DNA of 63,692 nucleotides, counting the filler, from Globobulimina sp. (taxonomy: Eukaryota): the NCBI GenBank assembly GCA_003354225.1. It is 55 parts of 55 records of this genome, joined end to end, with 100 filler letters (N's around TTAATTAATTAA, not from the genome) between each part and the next. Parts side by side here need not be neighbours in the genome. Positions count along the whole stretch, not along the records: positions 59,157 to 60,215 come from PIVH01024595.1; positions 60,316 to 61,374 come from PIVH01024596.1; positions 61,475 to 62,533 come from PIVH01024597.1; positions 62,634 to 63,692 come from PIVH01024598.1; 51 more parts are not named here. One strand, 5' to 3'. Under the pieces are notes generated by a model, which was not told where the DNA came from, searched no databases, and worked only from the letters and a program-made list of their open reading frames with translations. Of this stretch, positions 59,057-63,692 are shown piece after piece. The position numbers and the translations under genes are program-made. Position 1 is the stretch's first letter. Each line of letters starts with the position of its first letter.

Positions 59057-60912
59057 NNNNNNNNNNNNNNNNNNNNNNNNNNNNNNNNNNNNNNNNNNNN
59101 TTAATTAATTAANNNNNNNNNNNNNNNNNNNNNNNNNNNNNNNNNNNNNNNNNNNNTTTTTCTAATCTTATTATTGATTTCTGGTCATTTGGTTTCTCTT
59201 TTAATTGGAATGGATGTTTCGTATCTTTTTTAGTGAAGGCACCCTCTGATTTGATGCGTTTTGGTTTATCTAATCTTATTATTGATTTTTTTTTAAATTT
59301 GTGTTCTTTTTTGGTCCCTTTGGGTTTGTCTACTCTTAAAATGGATGTTAGTAATTGCTGTTCCTTTGGTATCTCAAGCTTATTTCGTTTCTGTTTTTGT
59401 TTTATAATTTATTCGATCATCAAAACATGAACATTTGGACATTGTATCAAGGAACATACTGCTTGGAATCTCGGGTTATTTCTATGTCTCGGTCGTGCGC
59501 GTATTTGTTTGGGCATTCTTATAATTCTAGTGACTCTTGAAGTTAATGAATATTTTAAATGTTTGGAAAAACTTCAACCAAAAAACATTCAAAACTTACC
59601 TTTTCTAAACAGCAAACAATTGCTCCCCTATTTTTGCAACTGATTAAACAACTGTGGTTTTCATTTAACCAAATTAATAGCTGCATTATATCGAGTCGCA
59701 GCTTACATTGAAACAACGAAATCCGTGTGCTTTTTTTAGGTGAAATTATTATTGGATTGTATTTATTTAATAAATACAGCAAAGGCATCAATTCGCGTGT
59801 AATCAAATTGTATATTAGTTAAGAAATAATGATGCATGAAATTATATTTGTATAAATTATCTTATACACAGGAGAATTAATTAGCTGTCATTGATACATT
59901 GGTTTAATAATTTGTATCCATTGCCCCAGCGACATGATAGTGCAACAAATAGAACTTAATAAGTGATATATGCAATTTGTTTAATTATTTACAAATTGAT
60001 ATCGTATATTTAATTATGCAAAAAGAGCTGCCCATGCTATTTGGTGCTATACTTTGTATGCTTGACCAATTCAAATGGGATATGGACATATGCTTTGTCA
60101 TACGTTCATAAATTACATTTTTTTTATAATCAAAACTATCATCTTTTTAATTTACAATGTATCTGAGTGTAATATTTTTGTGTTTCGCTGATTCACTTTT
60201 GTGTTTCACTTTTGTNNNNNNNNNNNNNNNNNNNNNNNNNNNNNNNNNNNNNNNNNNNNTTAATTAATTAANNNNNNNNNNNNNNNNNNNNNNNNNNNNN
60301 NNNNNNNNNNNNNNNGAGTTTAACTTATTATTATTATGACATTAACGTGCATTTGAAATGATATAAATACGGCTTTCTTATACCAATGCTTAACTTATGG
60401 GATATATAGATTTTGCCATTCAGTAATGTACCAGCTTACTAAAACTTAGTGAAAATTAAAAATAATGGTTATCATCTAGACACTGCTTTCACTTTGCTAT
60501 CAACATATGCAAAGTTTTAGAGATCGCAAATATAATAATAAGTTAAACTCTTTGTATGTATACTGCAGTACATTATAGGTTGCGGCATTTTGCGTGATGT
60601 TTTTGTATGTTATTTGAAATTATGGTATACACAAAATTACACGGATTAGGTAGTTTATTTATGGATAGTGCCATATACAGTCACGTGTATACAGTATTAT
60701 CCACTGTACCAAATCCATATTTATTAGAACCAATTGACAAAATATCAATGCACCAGAAAACAAAGGAAAGTTTGTTGGCTGTTTTTTAGACCTCAAAGGT
60801 CATTCTTATTGGATTTGTGGGTTGTAAAGAATTGATAGGTTGAGTCATTATCATCAAAAGCCTAGCCCCCCTAAATCATCTTAAATAATTACTTACTAAA
60901 TCATCAACAATC

Positions 60913-61374
60913 ATGTCAACGAATTCTGAAGCAGCTCCCGAACAAATTGTAAACACTAATGCACCAACAAAGGCAGAAGCTCTTGTGATTCAGATTGCCA
61001 TTAACGAGGAAAAAAACGAACACCAACAAAATATCAACGCAGCAACTTCATCGCCAACACTTGATGATACCTCACAAAATAACAAAGAAACCAATGGTGA
61101 ATCCGCACCGATACCAAGACCTAAGAAGAAAACAACAGTCGAGCTAACGCCTGCTCCGACAGTAAAATCAATAAATGTGGCAATTGATGACAATGAAGAA
61201 GACGATTATGCGTCAAAAAAGGTTGTAGTTGCAAACTATACCGGAAATAAATACGTTCATCCCGGCCCAATGACATCCTCTCTGCCAAAGCCACCAAATA
61301 ACCACCACAGCCACAACAAAACCAATATAAACACAGCTCGAAAGCCTTCCAATTGTTTGTGTTTTGAGTTGAAA
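60913..61374 (+). CDS. Hypothetical protein, disordered N-terminus (truncated)
   Basis: ATG at 60913, low-complexity T/N/P sequence. Confidence 0.55.
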
Positions 61375-61534
61375 NNNNNNNNNNNNNNNNNNNNNNNNNN
61401 NNNNNNNNNNNNNNNNNNTTAATTAATTAANNNNNNNNNNNNNNNNNNNNNNNNNNNNNNNNNNNNNNNNNNNNAACATTTCATGTCTTTTAATAGTAAA
61501 CTAGCAAGAAATTCTTGAAAACATTAATATTAAT

Positions 61535-61993
61535 TTGATGCTGACTGTTGCTAGTTCAAAATCACGCCGATTCGAGGGAACATTACGGGTCAAAGGATTT
61601 AGGATTGCATACATTTTATGGGTTCCTTTCAATGAAGATAGCATCGGCTATGAGGCTATGAATCTTTCCATGGATCCATTATCACTGACAAATCATTTTG
61701 AAGAGACTGCAATATGCTTTCATGGCTGGTTGGACAATGCCAATAGCTATGCAACTTTAGCACCATTACTTGCATCAAAATTCAATATGCGCGTAATTTG
61801 CGTCGATTTACCAGGACATGGAAAAAGTACACATTCATCATTGGGTTATTATGATGCTGCATTGTATACAATGATACGGATTATCAATAGATTGCATTTA
61901 CGTTCAGTCCTTATCTGCAGTTTTTTTACCATACATAACACCAATTTTACAACAATCTGGGAAATTCATTGTCAAATCATTAGTATGCATTGA
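61535..61993 (+). CDS. Serine hydrolase-like alpha/beta hydrolase, N-terminal part
   Basis: CFHGWLDNANSYATLAPLL and VDLPGHGKSTH. The GHSxG motif is not found downstream. Confidence 0.75.
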   Translation: MMLTVASSKSRRFEGTLRVKGFRIAYILWVPFNEDSIGYEAMNLSMDPLSLTNHFEETAICFHGWLDNANSYATLAPLLASKFNMRVICVDLPGHGKSTHSSLGYYDAALYTMIRIINRLHLRSVLICSFFTIHNTNFTTIWEIHCQIISMH

Positions 61994-62635
61994 ACAATTT
62001 GGTACTCTGCTTAGTCTTTGTAACCTTAAAGCAGTTGAAATGGATACATTGCTCCCTATGCCTACGTATAGCACAGATATTATCAGTGATGTTCGACATT
62101 TACCGAAATTATATAATTCTATTTCAGAGTGAGTGCGTTCGGGAATATATGTAACGGCCCGCAATCATTATCGTAACAAATTATGGCATGGATTTATTTA
62201 GATAATAAGAACATTGATGGTATTTTGATGAAACGACTATAAGGAGAGATTGCGTATTCATCATTCACTTTAATAGCAGCTGTAATATTAAATTATCGGC
62301 AAAACAGATTATGCACAGAAAAGAAGTATAAATAGCAATAATTAGATAATCTCCGCATTAATTCCACTAAAAAAATCCACTAAATCCCACATTTCTAATT
62401 CAAGAAAAAATCCACTAAATCAAATCCATTAAATCCCACAGTTAAGAATAATAAACAAATAATTAGCAATGAAAAAAAGCATAACATTAATTATTTTGTT
62501 GTTTATTGGTGTTGCAATGAGCTTGGACCAGTCNNNNNNNNNNNNNNNNNNNNNNNNNNNNNNNNNNNNNNNNNNNNTTAATTAATTAANNNNNNNNNNN
62601 NNNNNNNNNNNNNNNNNNNNNNNNNNNNNNNNNCT

Positions 62636-63692
62636 TGCATTATGGTACAGAGTTATTCACCCTCCGACACACGAATGGGGATTCCATGCATCTGTTCAAT
62701 CAACAATAAACATCACAATCCATGGATTTACACCAAGTATAACCAAATGAGATGGTGAATTGTTAATGTTATTTGGTGTAGGTGATACACAATATTTCAG
62801 TATGGAAATCGTATTGGAAGACGGTTCAGCATGGCATTCCTATCCACCATTTGAAAATCAACCATTAGCTGTCACAAATAGTATATTTGGAGATATAATT
62901 GCATCAAGTACACCAGAACGCAGATATCTTAGACTAGGCAACAGTTCATACCAAAAAGATAACTGGTCACCCATTGGTCCAGGTGTATGGTACAAAAAAG
63001 CGTTACAATGGCCGTTACATATACAAATTACCAACGACCCAATCCACGACAAGACATATTATCGGTGTTTTCTACCTGAAAAAACACTTCTCGTCACCTA
63101 CACAACTTCGTTTGCAACCGATGAAGGCATGAACATATACATAATGAACGATGCCAGTGATGGCAAACCATTTGATATATTCCATCCATATTTCGTACAG
63201 CTACACCACACAGTCACCAACATATAGACCCACAGCAACACCTACAGTAACATCCATATCGCCAACAACCACACCAACCACAGACTCACCCCCTAACTCT
63301 CCAACTACACCTTCACCAATCATAGTCATTCCATTACCATCCACTGCCCGACCCACCAATGAAGGACAACAAATCGATACATTATCACCAATAACTAGCA
63401 ACATATCACAATCTTCGACCTCAAGGGATAAATCCGATAATGTCTTGTTGTATTTAGTGATCACAATCATTGTATTATTTTGTTGTTTTGCTGTTGCATG
63501 CATCGGCTTTATAATGGTTTATAAAAAAAATAAGAAAGCAGACACAGTTACATTTGATGGCAAACAAAATAATCCACCAAATCATATGCACAATGAAGAG
63601 ATGGATGGTATGGATGTTCGAGCTGTTGCAGTGCTATCAAATGATGTTGAATTGGGCCCTTTGGAGGCCGCAGAGGAGAATCCGTTGTATCA
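62636..63692 (+). pseudogene. Type I membrane protein (ectodomain, T/P/S stalk, TM helix) disrupted by a stop and a frameshift
   Basis: In-frame TGA at 62748-62750 and a frame change near 63180 into TTQSPTYRPTATPT...VLLYLVITIIVLFCCFAVACIGFIMVYKK. Confidence 0.65.

Noticed and set aside
1062..62633. Regularly spaced TTAATTAATTAA repeats suggesting a CRISPR-like or programmed array
   Set aside because: They are synthetic N-padded linkers. ORFs ending in X-runs or LIN are artifacts of them.
1..63692. rRNA, tRNA, CRISPR arrays or a multi-gene defence operon
   Set aside because: None recognised by eye, and ~1-kb contigs cannot show operon context. tRNAscan-SE and Infernal would be needed to exclude small RNAs.

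Overview
This window is not one locus. It is 55 unrelated short contigs (1061, 1060 and 1059 bp, in descending length order) joined by 54 artificial 100-bp spacers (N44-TTAATTAATTAA-N44), so no adjacency across a spacer is biological. Most contigs come from an AT-rich microbial eukaryote with mostly short GT-AG introns; the gene style suggests a foraminifer/rhizarian, which is inference. Recognisable fragments include Pol alpha, SPT5, SEY1/RHD3, NUP160, PDCL3, a 2-Cys peroxiredoxin, an RNAi RdRP, a cyclic-nucleotide-binding K+ channel, a cyt-b5 desaturase, SMP-30, ABHD14B-like, PPR, ankyrin, TLDc and C2H2 proteins. Mobile elements are abundant: non-LTR endonuclease and RNase H/poly(A) ends, a DIRS-like tyrosine recombinase, BEL/Pao gag, an intron-containing MULE, a retropepsin polyprotein and three TIR-bounded MITE-like elements. 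One bacterial contig carries an integron gene cassette with an attC site. Several contigs show abrupt fusions or fold-back inversions that look like whole-genome-amplification chimeras. No multi-gene system can be demonstrated at this contig length. The best novelty candidates are single-gene architectures: an ART-like protein with YHG/PTSTT motifs, a Tudor/Agenet-like domain ahead of a DEG retropepsin, PB1-like repeats fused to a Rab, an EF-hand-like exon spliced onto an enolase-superfamily enzyme, and a divergent eIF5/eIF2-beta-like zinc ribbon protein. All family calls are by eye from motifs; no searches were run.
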